A DNA stretch of 64,000 bases from Shigella phage TB004. Of this stretch, positions 11,552-20,403 are shown piece after piece. The stretch lies in sequence record MW822011; one strand, given 5' to 3'. Both the position numbers and the translations under genes were made by a program. The notes beneath the pieces are model-generated. The model ran no database searches. It was not told the DNA's origin and worked only from the letters and a program-made list of their open reading frames with translations. Every line of letters begins with the position of its first letter. Within the stretch, counting starts at the first letter, position 1.

Positions 11552-12082
11552 ATGTCGCAAGCACTGCAACAAATTTTTAACCAAGCAAATACAACTAACT
11601 TTGTAGTATCAATACCGCATAGTAATACTACATCTGCTTTTACTTTAAATGCTCAGTCAGTTCCTATTCCAGGAATTAGAATACCTGTTACTGATACCGT
11701 GACTGGGCCGTTTGGACTAGGCCGAGCACAGCGTCCAGGAGTTACATTTGAGTACGATCCACTCATCGTGAGATTTATAGTTGATGAAGAGCTTAAGTCG
11801 TGGATAGGAATGTATGAATGGATGCTAGGAACTAGTAACTATCTTACAGGCGAAAATACTGCCCAAAAAACAGGTCCTGAATACATTACTCTTTACATTT
11901 TAGATAATAGTAAAACTGAAATCGTGATGTCAATAAACTTTTATAAGCCTTGGGTTTCTGACCTGTCTGAAGTAGAATTTAGCTACACGGAAGATTCAGA
12001 CCCAGCCTTAGTATGCACAGCAACGATTCCTTATACGTATTTTCAAGTAGAAAAAGATGGTAAAATTATAGCAGAAGTTTAA
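11552..12082 (+). CDS. 3: tail completion / sheath stabiliser gp3
   Basis: 176 aa from internal ATG (MSQALQQIF...); ORF-track start is a TTG-extended artifact. Confidence 0.65.
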   Translation: MSQALQQIFNQANTTNFVVSIPHSNTTSAFTLNAQSVPIPGIRIPVTDTVTGPFGLGRAQRPGVTFEYDPLIVRFIVDEELKSWIGMYEWMLGTSNYLTGENTAQKTGPEYITLYILDNSKTEIVMSINFYKPWVSDLSEVEFSYTEDSDPALVCTATIPYTYFQVEKDGKIIAEV

Positions 12083-12131
12083 TGCTTAAGTTTCATGTGT
12101 TATAATCTTAACTAAATTTGAGGAGAAACAT

Positions 12132-12844
12132 ATGAAACTAATCTTTTTAAGTGGTGTAAAGCGTAGTGGAAAAGATACTACTGCAGATTTTATCATGAAT
12201 AATTATTCTGCAGTTAAATATCAACTTGCTGGTCCTATTAAAGATGCATTGGCTTATGCATGGGGTGTATTTGCAGCAAACACTGACTATCCTTGTTTAA
12301 CTCGTAAAGAGTTTGAAGGAATTGACTATGATCGTGAAACTAATTTAAATCTGACTAAATTAGAAGTAATTACGATTATGGAACAAGCATTTTGCTATCT
12401 TAATAGTAAAAGCCCAATTAAAGGTGTGTTTGTTTTTGATGACGCAGTTAATTTCGTAGCATTTAACAAGATTGCTGACGTTATAAATAATATTGAAGAT
12501 CAATGGTCAGTCCGTCGTCTGATGCAAGCCCTAGGTACGGATTTGATTGTTAATAACTTCGACCGCATGTATTGGGTAAAATTATTTGCTTTAGATTATC
12601 TTGATAAATTTAACTCAGGTTATGATTATTATATCGTTCCTGATACTCGTCAAGATCATGAAATGGATGCGGCTAGGGCGATGGGTGCTACAGTAATTCA
12701 TGTAGTTCGTCCTGGTCAAAAATCCAATGATACTCATATTACAGAAGCTGGATTGCCAATTCGTGATGGCGATTTAGTAATTACAAACGATGGTTCTCTT
12801 GAAGAACTTTTTTCTAAAATTAAAAATACACTAAAGGTACTATA

Positions 12845-12845
<1 letters not shown>
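12132..12845 (+). CDS. 1: deoxynucleoside monophosphate kinase gp1
   Basis: MKLIFLSGVKRSGKDTTADFIM... P-loop; recognisable as T4 dNMP kinase. Confidence 0.85.
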
Positions 12846-13542
<697 letters not shown>

Positions 13543-13549
13543 TTTCACA

Positions 13550-13585
13550 AAGTTATTTACACGGGGTTTTAGTTGTGATACTATT
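13550..13585 (+). promoter_or_regulatory. T4-type early promoter (TTTACA, 17 nt, TACTAT with TGTGA extension)
   Basis: sigma70-like -35/-10 with T4 early consensus GTTTAC...TGnTAtaAT upstream of ipI. Confidence 0.5.
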
Positions 13586-13620
13586 ACCCTATCAAAACAA
13601 ATGAGTGATTGGAGAATAAA

Positions 13621-13893
13621 ATGAAAACATTTAAAGAATTTATCAATGAAGCTACTTTTAACGAAAAAGTAAAAATTAGTAAAGCTGTCAAGACTTTGAT
13701 TGCTGACATCAATTACCTATATGATATTGATTTAACTGACTATGTAACAGTTGGTAACAAACGTAACTTTTTCGTGTTTGACATCTCTGAACTTGACCAG
13801 AATCAAATTAACAACATTGAGCGTTTTGCTAATGATAAGGGTCTTCGTCATGAGTCAGCGGGTTATAAAAAATACGCAATTTATTTAAAATGA
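13621..13893 (+). CDS. ipI: internal protein I-like, N-terminal capsid targeting sequence MKTFKEFINEA
   Basis: ATG with GGAG RBS; N-terminus matches the MKTYQEFIAE-type targeting sequence of T4 internal proteins; position after 57B. Confidence 0.6.
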   Translation: MKTFKEFINEATFNEKVKISKAVKTLIADINYLYDIDLTDYVTVGNKRNFFVFDISELDQNQINNIERFANDKGLRHESAGYKKYAIYLK

Positions 13894-13925
13894 GTTTACT
13901 TTTAAATAGGGTTGTGGTACTATTA
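13893..13925 (+). promoter_or_regulatory. T4-type early promoter
   Basis: GTTTAC ... TACTAT cassette. Confidence 0.45.
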
Positions 13926-13953
13926 TCTCATCAAAATTAATTAGGAAAATAAA

Positions 13954-14262
13954 ATGAAAACATTTAAAGAATTTATCAATGAAGCGGCTGCGCCAAAGAC
14001 ATTCGTTATTAATACTCAGGCGAGTCTTGATGATGAATACGCGGAGGCAATTCTGAAGTCACTTGCTAAGAACGGTGTTGAAGTAATTGCTTCGGACTTT
14101 AAGAAAGGGGCTTCCGAGATGTTTATTTCTATAACTAAAGGATCTAAAGCTAAGATTAAATCATCATTCGGAGTTGCTCGTACCGATCAAATCGACAATC
14201 ATGACTTTAAACAAACTGGTGCTAAACGGCAGAATACAATTGCATCACGCGGAATAAAATAG
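13954..14262 (+). CDS. second internal-protein-like gene with identical targeting sequence (MKTFKEFINEAAAP...) and different cargo
   Basis: 102-aa ORF with the same leader and first 11 codons as ipI. Confidence 0.55.
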   Translation: MKTFKEFINEAAAPKTFVINTQASLDDEYAEAILKSLAKNGVEVIASDFKKGASEMFISITKGSKAKIKSSFGVARTDQIDNHDFKQTGAKRQNTIASRGIK

Positions 14263-14272
14263 TTTATAAAAA

Positions 14273-14306
14273 CAGTTTACTTTTAGATAGGGTAGTGATA
14301 CTATTA
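14273..14306 (+). promoter_or_regulatory. T4-type early promoter, near-identical to the 13550 copy
   Basis: GTTTAC...GTGATACTATTACCCTATCAA. Confidence 0.5.
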
Positions 14307-14332
14307 CCCTATCAACTACAGAGGAGAATAAA

Positions 14333-14518
14333 ATGAAACGTTGTGAATTAATTCGAAATGTTGCTATTGCAATTTCTGCTTCCGCTTTTAGTTTTTCAAT
14401 GTTTGTTGGATTTATATGCGGATTATTAACTACAGCAGAAAATGTGTTTTCACTTGTAGTAGCATTTTTAATTGGTTTAATTGCTATCGTTATGGATAAA
14501 ATTTCTAAAGGTGAATAG
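14333..14518 (+). CDS. small predicted membrane protein (61 aa)
   Basis: ORF with hydrophobic segments behind the same GGAGAATAAAATG leader. Confidence 0.4.
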   Translation: MKRCELIRNVAIAISASAFSFSMFVGFICGLLTTAENVFSLVVAFLIGLIAIVMDKISKGE

Positions 14519-14519
14519 A

Positions 14520-14900
14520 ATGTATAAAGTGTATGCGGATTATCAGGCTAATCCATCTGAAAAGCCAGGTTGTCAAATTGGATGGGCTCATGATACTTTG
14601 CTTGAAGCAGTAGATGCTGCTCAAAAATTGGGATATAAATATGTAGAGATTGTTCAACCGTCAGGAAAAGTTATTACTCTTGAAGAGTTCAATAACATTA
14701 AACCAAACTTTTTACTTTTTGCAGGTGATAATTATTATCCTCGTGGTGGATATGCTGATTTAATCGCGAAAGCCGCCACTGAAGATGAACTCCGTGATAT
14801 TATCAAAGAAAATGAAAACAAACTGATGTATGGTTCTAATCGCTTTGATTGGTGGCAAATTGTAAATGCCCATACTCATACTATTGTTGATGAAGGCTGA
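14520..14900 (+). CDS. hypothetical protein (126 aa)
   Basis: ATG-initiated ORF MYKVYADYQ... Confidence 0.45.
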   Translation: MYKVYADYQANPSEKPGCQIGWAHDTLLEAVDAAQKLGYKYVEIVQPSGKVITLEEFNNIKPNFLLFAGDNYYPRGGYADLIAKAATEDELRDIIKENENKLMYGSNRFDWWQIVNAHTHTIVDEG

Positions 14901-14902
14901 TA

Positions 14903-15190
14903 ATGATTCTTTATGCGAAAGTATCGTCCGTTGAAAATGGATATAAATATGATCAAGATGCGGCTAAAGCCTTGATTGATGATTATGGCATTTTAACATG
15001 TTTTGAAGTTGAAAAGGTTTACATTGACCGTTCATCTTCTCAAGTTAAATTAGTAAAGGAAGACCGTAAATTTAATACAGTAAATTTTGATTTCTTTATT
15101 GAAACAGAAAAAGGTCCTCTTGAATATGATATTTTCAAGAATCCTTTGGGTCTTGAATGCATCGTAAATATGTATTATCATAAATGGTAA
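14903..15190 (+). CDS. hypothetical protein (95 aa)
   Basis: ORF packed against the upstream gene. Confidence 0.45.
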   Translation: MILYAKVSSVENGYKYDQDAAKALIDDYGILTCFEVEKVYIDRSSSQVKLVKEDRKFNTVNFDFFIETEKGPLEYDIFKNPLGLECIVNMYYHKW

Positions 15191-15219
15191 ATATGCTTTA
15201 AGAAATATTTGTTATTATT
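15190..15219 (+). promoter_or_regulatory. candidate middle promoter (MotA-box-like ATGCTTTA, 15 nt, TATTAT) upstream of the tRNA cluster
   Basis: TGCTT motif and -10-like hexamer at appropriate spacing. Confidence 0.35.
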
Positions 15220-15287
15220 AACTCATATCGCACTGATTAATACCCTCTATCATCAAGGGTTCTTGCTTGAGAGCCTTTGTTAATAAT

Positions 15288-15360
15288 TGGGAATTAGCCA
15301 AGTTGGTAAGGCACTGGATTTTGATTCCAGGATGCAAAGGTTCGAGTCCTTTATTCCCAG
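15288..15360 (+). tRNA. tRNA-Gln (anticodon TTG)
   Basis: Hand-folded cloverleaf, GGTTCGAGTCC T-arm; no encoded CCA. Confidence 0.8.
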
Positions 15361-15361
15361 C

Positions 15362-15448
15362 GCGAGAATGGTCAAATTGGTAAAGGCACAGCACTTAAAA
15401 TGCTGCGGAATGATTTCCTTGTGGGTTCGAGTCCCACTTCTCGCACCA
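15362..15448 (+). tRNA. tRNA-Leu (anticodon TAA), long variable arm
   Basis: Acceptor GCGAGAA/TTCTCGC, anticodon loop CTTAAAA, CCA encoded. Confidence 0.8.
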
Positions 15449-15453
15449 AATTT

Positions 15454-15527
<74 letters not shown>

Positions 15528-15537
15528 ATTTAATTTA

Positions 15538-15611
15538 CTCCGTGTAGCTCAGTTTGGTAGAGCGTCTGCTTTGGGAGCAGAATGTCGCAGGTTCAAATCC
15601 TGCCGCGGAGA
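15538..15611 (+). tRNA. tRNA-Pro (anticodon TGG)
   Basis: D-stem GCTC/GAGC, anticodon loop TTTGGGA, GGTTCAAATCC T-arm. Confidence 0.8.
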
Positions 15612-15613
15612 CT

Positions 15614-15703
15614 GGAGGCGTGGCAGAGTGGTTTAATGCACCGGTCTTGAAAACCGGCAGTCGCTCCGGCGACTCATAGGTTCAAATCCTATCGCCTCCG
15701 CCA
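15614..15703 (+). tRNA. tRNA-Ser (anticodon TGA), class II
   Basis: Long variable arm, anticodon loop CTTGAAA, CCA encoded. Confidence 0.8.
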
Positions 15704-15708
15704 GTTTT

Positions 15709-15784
15709 GCTGATTTAGCTCAGTAGGTAGAGCAACTCACTTGTAATGAGAAGGTCGGCGGTTCGATTCCGTCAATCAGCACCA
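15709..15784 (+). tRNA. tRNA-Thr (anticodon TGT)
   Basis: Anticodon loop CTTGTAA, GGTTCGATTCC T-arm, CCA encoded. Confidence 0.8.
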
Positions 15785-15785
15785 A

Positions 15786-15860
15786 GGCCCTGTAGCTGGA
15801 AGGTTCAAGCAAGCGACTCATAATCGCCAGATGGTGGTTCAATTCCACCCAGGGCCACCA
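15786..15860 (+). tRNA. tRNA-Ile/Met-type (anticodon CAT; the T4 homologue is the AUA-reading tRNA-Ile)
   Basis: Acceptor GGCCCTG/CAGGGCC, anticodon loop CTCATAA. Confidence 0.7.
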
Positions 15861-15873
15861 AATTAAGAATTAA

Positions 15874-15960
15874 GGGGAGTTATCCCGTAGAGGTAGCGGT
15901 GTGGACTGTAAATCCATTGTCATTGCGACTCGGGTGGTTCGACTCCATCACTCCCCACCA
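15874..15960 (+). tRNA. tRNA-Tyr (anticodon GTA), class II; not in the T4 set
   Basis: Anticodon loop CTGTAAA, long variable arm resembling E. coli tRNA-Tyr, GGTTCGACTCC T-arm; D-arm atypical. Confidence 0.6.
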
Positions 15961-15964
15961 ATTT

Positions 15965-16038
15965 GGATGTGTAGCTCAGTGGTAGAGCAGTTGACTGTTA
16001 ATCAATTGGTCCATGGTTCGAATCCATGCATGTCCGCC
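15965..16038 (+). tRNA. tRNA-Asn (anticodon GTT); not in the T4 set
   Basis: D-stem GCTC/GAGC, anticodon loop CTGTTAA, T-stem CATGG/CCATG. Confidence 0.7.
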
Positions 16039-16164
16039 AAATTTGTGACAACTGTCACATTAATATCTACTTGACGCGATTATAGGGTTGAACTGATCAC
16101 TCTTCTCTTAATTTCGTGTGAAGACATCTTGATTGTTGGAGTAGGTATTAATGTGAACTAATTA

Positions 16165-16241
16165 CGGGGTGTAACTCAATTGTATAGAGTAGCGGTCCTC
16201 TAAACCGCAGGTTAAAGGTTAGAATCCTTTCACCCTGGCCA
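16165..16241 (+). tRNA. tRNA-Arg (anticodon TCT)
   Basis: Anticodon stem GCGGT/ACCGC, loop CCTCTAA, CCA encoded. Confidence 0.7.
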
Positions 16242-16262
16242 AATTATTGAGAGAATAATATT

Positions 16263-16817
16263 ATGAGAAGTGATGTAGACTGGGACCAAATTAATTTGGC
16301 TATAAAAGCTGGATTAATATACCGTGGTAATTTTGAAATAACACAAGAACTAATTGAAAATGTTGCTTTTCTTAAAATAACAGACAAGAAAAAATTCTTT
16401 TCTATGACTAAAGCCAAACGCTTGTCAATATGGAAAGTATTTTGTAGGACTGCCGCCCTAAATCTTTTGAAATTTAAAGATGAATTTGATATAGAAAAAA
16501 GCTATCGGCAAGCTTTCGTATACATAATGGTAGATACTACAAATCCTAATTATTATAAAATAGGAAGAAGTATAGAACCCGATGTTAGAGTTATAACAGC
16601 AAATACATTTTCACCGTTTAAAAGTTTTAAAATAGTATCATTTAGATATTCCCAGGATGCAGTAGAACTTGAAAAATATATGCACAGCATTTATAATCAG
16701 GACCATATAAATGGCGAATGGTTTTTCTTTCATGACATAAGTTCCATAGTTAAAAAATTAGATACTAAATCTACACAATTTGAAATACCAAATGAGAAGC
16801 CGGGTCGCTACCGGTAA
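16263..16817 (+). CDS. T5orf172/MUG113-like (GIY-YIG superfamily) domain protein, possible homing-endonuclease relative
   Basis: 184-aa ORF with FVYIMVDTTNPNYYKIGRS motif, directly after tRNA-Arg. Confidence 0.5.
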   Translation: MRSDVDWDQINLAIKAGLIYRGNFEITQELIENVAFLKITDKKKFFSMTKAKRLSIWKVFCRTAALNLLKFKDEFDIEKSYRQAFVYIMVDTTNPNYYKIGRSIEPDVRVITANTFSPFKSFKIVSFRYSQDAVELEKYMHSIYNQDHINGEWFFFHDISSIVKKLDTKSTQFEIPNEKPGRYR

Positions 16818-16889
16818 GTCGTCGGACTGATGTTCCCTGCGTAAGGACTGGTCTTAATAAATCTTTACGATTTGTTAATATCCCCTTAC

Positions 16890-17065
16890 ATCACAGCAGA
16901 AACGGCGCACCGAATTATCGATTCGAGGAAATATCTTTGCCGTAAGCCGAGTAGCGTTTTTGACGGAACGTTCGGATATGGTCGAGATATGGCCTTTTAA
17001 AAATATTGAGTAGCGTCAACTACTTAATAACCGGGTTCGAATCCCGGCGTTTCGTACAAACACTT
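16890..17065 (+). ncRNA. candidate small stable RNA with tRNA-like T-arm, in the position of the T4 tRNA-cluster stable RNAs
   Basis: About 350 nt without a credible ORF; CCGGGTTCGAATCCCGG T-arm-like hairpin; terminator follows. Confidence 0.3.
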
Positions 17066-17097
17066 GCCTTAGCAGGTGGAACCCCGACAAGGTATAT

Positions 17098-17127
17098 AGC
17101 CCCTTCCGAAAGGTTGGGGCTTTTTTG
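17098..17127 (+). terminator. rho-independent terminator (AGCCCC...GGGGCT + T6)
   Basis: 6-bp GC stem followed by TTTTTT. Confidence 0.6.
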
Positions 17128-17135
17128 TATAAATA
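17128..17135 (+). promoter_or_regulatory. late promoter TATAAATA
   Basis: Exact TATAAATA 35 nt upstream of the ATG at 17171. Confidence 0.5.
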
Positions 17136-17170
17136 TAGTAAACAATAAACCTACTTTCTAAGGACCATCA

Positions 17171-17551
17171 ATGTATACTTTTAATGAATTTTTAGCCGAA
17201 ACGGAAGTAATCACCGAAGCCGGCGTACGTATGACAAAAGAGAAATGGCAAGCTGCTTACGATGCTATTTCTGGTACAAAAACTAGTACAGAGTTTTTCA
17301 AAAACGTTCAAGCCATGTACGGTATCGACACTTCTAGCCAAAAAGAATATTACAGAGCTTCTAAAGCATTCAAAGATATTGTTAGTGGTGGTGTTTCTGC
17401 TAAATCGGGTTCGCCTAAAGTAAAACCTGCTCCTACCATTCCTAAACCTGCGACCCCTAAAGCAAAACCTGAGCCTAAGCCGGAAGTAAAAGCACCTCCT
17501 AAAGCTCCTGCTCTTAAGTTTGATACTTCTAGCCTGGAAAAAAAAATATAA
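17171..17551 (+). CDS. hypothetical protein with internal-protein-like N-terminus (MYTFNEFLAE) and Pro/Lys-rich tail; ends inside an A9 tract
   Basis: 126-aa ORF; N-terminus resembles the targeting sequence of the ip genes; stop is 2 nt after a run of nine A. Confidence 0.5.
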   Translation: MYTFNEFLAETEVITEAGVRMTKEKWQAAYDAISGTKTSTEFFKNVQAMYGIDTSSQKEYYRASKAFKDIVSGGVSAKSGSPKVKPAPTIPKPATPKAKPEPKPEVKAPPKAPALKFDTSSLEKKI

Positions 17552-17792
17552 ACAACTATCTTCGCTTGTTCGTGATATTGAATCCGATACATCTTCACTC
17601 GTTCGTGAATTCAATAGTCTTCGCAATGGCCAACATATCAACAACCTTGATACCCCAGACCTTTATCGTCTTTATTTGACTATCGAAGGTTTGAAGTATA
17701 CTCAACCACTTCACGATGCGATTAAAGAAAAACTTCGTCAGGCAGGTCGTTTGGCTGCTGACGCTGCTCAGTATGCAAAAACCCGTAAATAA
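17520..17792 (+). CDS. reading frame continuing the upstream gene after the A9 tract (no ATG of its own)
   Basis: Open frame with no in-frame ATG; one fewer A would fuse it to 17171-17551. Confidence 0.35.
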   Translation: MILLAWKKKYKQLSSLVRDIESDTSSLVREFNSLRNGQHINNLDTPDLYRLYLTIEGLKYTQPLHDAIKEKLRQAGRLAADAAQYAKTRK

Positions 17793-17867
17793 TTAAGTTA
17801 CAATCACTTAAGCCCCTTCCTATGGTTGGGGCTTTCGGGCATCTAGGGCAGATAAATTTTTCACAAA

Positions 17868-17900
17868 GTTGTTTACTTCTCCTTGAGGTATGATACTATA
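17868..17900 (+). promoter_or_regulatory. T4-type early promoter
   Basis: GTTTAC ... TATGATACTAT. Confidence 0.5.
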
Positions 17901-17929
17901 GACCTATCAAAACAAATGAGGAAAACATT

Positions 17930-18433
17930 ATGAGTCTTTATACTGAACTGAATAAAAAATCTGAAGAATCGCGTGACGTTGTTTTTAAAAATGTACAAAA
18001 GCGTATTTTGGAAAAGATGTATGATGCTGCATCTAAAGGTGAAAAATCATGCCGCTTTCCGATGAGATGTTCTACAGATTTATGCTCAAATACTATTGAA
18101 TGGTTAGAAAGCGAAGGTCTTACTGTAGAGAAAAACCCGGCGACTTCTATTGACGGTGAATCATATATTAGTATTTCTTGGGATAAACCACAGGTTAATG
18201 AGAAAGACGGTGATTGGGTTGTGGATGTTAAGACTTCTGATGGTGGACGTTCTGTTGAAGTTTCAGCCGTAGTTAAAGGTACACATGGGCAAAATAGCTG
18301 GGGATGTGGTGGTGAAGAAAAAGAAATTGTTCTTAGTGTGATTGCAAGGTCCACTAGCAATAAAATTGCCCAGAGCATCATCTATGCTGCGTGCATTGAA
18401 GCTGGAAAAATTTGCAAAATTAAAAATAAATGA
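17930..18433 (+). CDS. hypothetical protein (167 aa)
   Basis: ATG-initiated ORF behind an early promoter. Confidence 0.45.
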   Translation: MSLYTELNKKSEESRDVVFKNVQKRILEKMYDAASKGEKSCRFPMRCSTDLCSNTIEWLESEGLTVEKNPATSIDGESYISISWDKPQVNEKDGDWVVDVKTSDGGRSVEVSAVVKGTHGQNSWGCGGEEKEIVLSVIARSTSNKIAQSIIYAACIEAGKICKIKNK

Positions 18434-18494
18434 TGTACAAACACCAAGGACGGTGTTACTATAGACCTATCAAATCAAATGAGAGGAAAATAAA

Positions 18495-18722
18495 ATGGCT
18501 AAAGTTAGTATTGATGTCGTTGATTATGAATACACAGAAGAAGTTATTCGCAACCGCCACCCTGAAGTTCGTATCGATTCAGTCCAAGATTCCAAGTTCT
18601 GGACAACTGAGCTTAATCTGAGTGGTTCTTATGAAGCCGTTAAGAAGTTCATGGTTGAAGAATACTGCGAAGGCATGCACCCGGAAGACGCCGAGTTTTA
18701 TGTCAATTTGATTAAAAAATAA
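18495..18722 (+). CDS. hypothetical protein (75 aa)
   Basis: ORF behind a promoter-like cassette at about 18434-18462. Confidence 0.45.
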   Translation: MAKVSIDVVDYEYTEEVIRNRHPEVRIDSVQDSKFWTTELNLSGSYEAVKKFMVEEYCEGMHPEDAEFYVNLIKK

Positions 18723-18792
18723 TTTACAAACTCTTGAGAGCAGAGTATAATGCTCTCATTGGATAATAAACCACCAATTGAAAGGTAATAAT

Positions 18793-19386
18793 ATGAACAC
18801 ACTGAAGAAACTTGTTGAATTCATCCGCACTAAACTGGGTACTGCTATGGCTAAAAATCTGACTGTCGAAGAACAGTATAACGCAGCTGCAGATAAGTTG
18901 ATTACCCAGATCAAAGAACTAAAAATGGCTTCTGTTAAATCTATTAATGAAGAAAAACGTATTCGCGAACTTGTTATTGAAAAGAATAAGCAAGCCGCTT
19001 CTAAGGAACGTGAAATTCGTAAGCTCCTGGCTGAAGGACAAGATGTTACCATGCATGCCAAGCTTGGTCTTCTGTATCGTCGAACTGCCGAACAACTTAA
19101 TACAAAAGCTGACGGGTATGCCGCTATGCGAATTGAAATTGCTCGTAAGGTTGTTGAACTTGACGATGCTCGTCAGAATCTGGCAATCAAACTCGAATAC
19201 ATTCGTGAAACTCGAGCAGCTAATGCCCTTGGTATCTCTACGGCTGATGATGTAATTGAAATCGCTGCACTGACTAAGGTTGATATCGAAGACACTCTGA
19301 CTCGTGTTGAAACGTTCAATGGTAATATTTCTGGGGTTGAAACTACCTCTGCCGATGTTCAGGAATATATTAATTCTCTGAAATAA
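18793..19386 (+). CDS. coiled-coil protein, possibly PspA/IM30-like
   Basis: About 198 aa, heptad-rich, from ATG 18793; terminator hairpin follows. Confidence 0.45.
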   Translation: MNTLKKLVEFIRTKLGTAMAKNLTVEEQYNAAADKLITQIKELKMASVKSINEEKRIRELVIEKNKQAASKEREIRKLLAEGQDVTMHAKLGLLYRRTAEQLNTKADGYAAMRIEIARKVVELDDARQNLAIKLEYIRETRAANALGISTADDVIEIAALTKVDIEDTLTRVETFNGNISGVETTSADVQEYINSLK

Positions 19387-19390
19387 TGAT

Positions 19391-19407
19391 AAGGGGCTTC
19401 GGCCCTT
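19391..19407 (+). terminator. GGGGCTTCGGCCC-type UUCG hairpin
   Basis: AAGGGGC-TTCG-GCCCTT. Confidence 0.5.
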
Positions 19408-19427
19408 ATTACTTGGAGTAAATAGGA

Positions 19428-20042
19428 ATGAAAATGAAAATGCAAAGTGATTTCAATTCAATGTTTGAAGAGTTCCAAAGACAGGTTGATGTTCCAGACC
19501 AATTACTAAATGCTCTTAAACGTATGGCAGAAGGACGTAATTATTATTGGGGTTCTTCATATGAAACTGATGAAAGTCTTTCTGGAAGATTTTCCAGAGG
19601 TAAAAAGTCTTTAATACGTCCTGGAATACTTATTAACAATATTGAATCAATTCATTTATTGACATGTGATTTTGATGTTGAATTTACTGATTTCATTTCT
19701 CCTGAATGGACAGTTTGTTATTTAAACGACGATTTTGATTATCTCGGTGTTTATAGTTTAAGTGACGCATGGTTTAAACGTAACTTACAAAAGTCAAATT
19801 TATTCTATATTGATACTACAGTAAAATTTCAGGGAAAGAAATATTTCTTTACTCTTATAGTTGATTCTGAAACGAAGCATGAAAATAAACGTATTCTTAG
19901 TAAAAGAAATATCTTGAATATTGTTGATGATCTTTTTGATAAATTAGTGGAAAATCCTAATTTTGAAAGTGATTTATTACTAGAAAAATTTGTTAAGGAA
20001 TGTAGAGAATATGTCAAAGCCATCACTATACCTTCCAAGTAA
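19428..20042 (+). CDS. hypothetical protein (204 aa), C-terminal KFVKECREYVK
   Basis: ATG with GGAG RBS. Confidence 0.5.
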   Translation: MKMKMQSDFNSMFEEFQRQVDVPDQLLNALKRMAEGRNYYWGSSYETDESLSGRFSRGKKSLIRPGILINNIESIHLLTCDFDVEFTDFISPEWTVCYLNDDFDYLGVYSLSDAWFKRNLQKSNLFYIDTTVKFQGKKYFFTLIVDSETKHENKRILSKRNILNIVDDLFDKLVENPNFESDLLLEKFVKECREYVKAITIPSK

Positions 20043-20403
20043 ACCTGTGAAGTATGAACTAAAGCGTCAGCTAATTCCTACTGATGTATTAATAGGTCCT
20101 GTGACAGCTATATCATTTGTAATTCTATTGATTGTTGGAATGGTTATAGACTTTATGACTGATATTGAATCTGGCGTAATATTTTTGTTAGTATTAATTC
20201 TTCCATTAGTAGTTCCATTTTTATTGGTACCTGTAAATTGGGTAGGATATTGGTATCAAGGAAGGCATTATCGTAAACGTGTACGTGAATGGAAAGCTCA
20301 GTGTAAAAAGATTGAAAAGGAACACCGGCTTAAACTCGCTGCGTATGAATTTGACGAAATTATGAAATTTGTTAAGGAATCACGATGCAAAAGCCAAAAC
20401 TAA
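20011..20403 (+). CDS. small two-TM membrane protein, paralog 1
   Basis: Two hydrophobic helices; C-terminal KFVKESRCK. Confidence 0.5.
   Translation: MSKPSLYLPSKPVKYELKRQLIPTDVLIGPVTAISFVILLIVGMVIDFMTDIESGVIFLLVLILPLVVPFLLVPVNWVGYWYQGRHYRKRVREWKAQCKKIEKEHRLKLAAYEFDEIMKFVKESRCKSQN

Noticed and set aside
17029-17047. An 11th tRNA gene at the T-arm-like hairpin
   Set aside because: No acceptor/D/anticodon arms at tRNA spacing; more consistent with a larger tRNA-like stable RNA.
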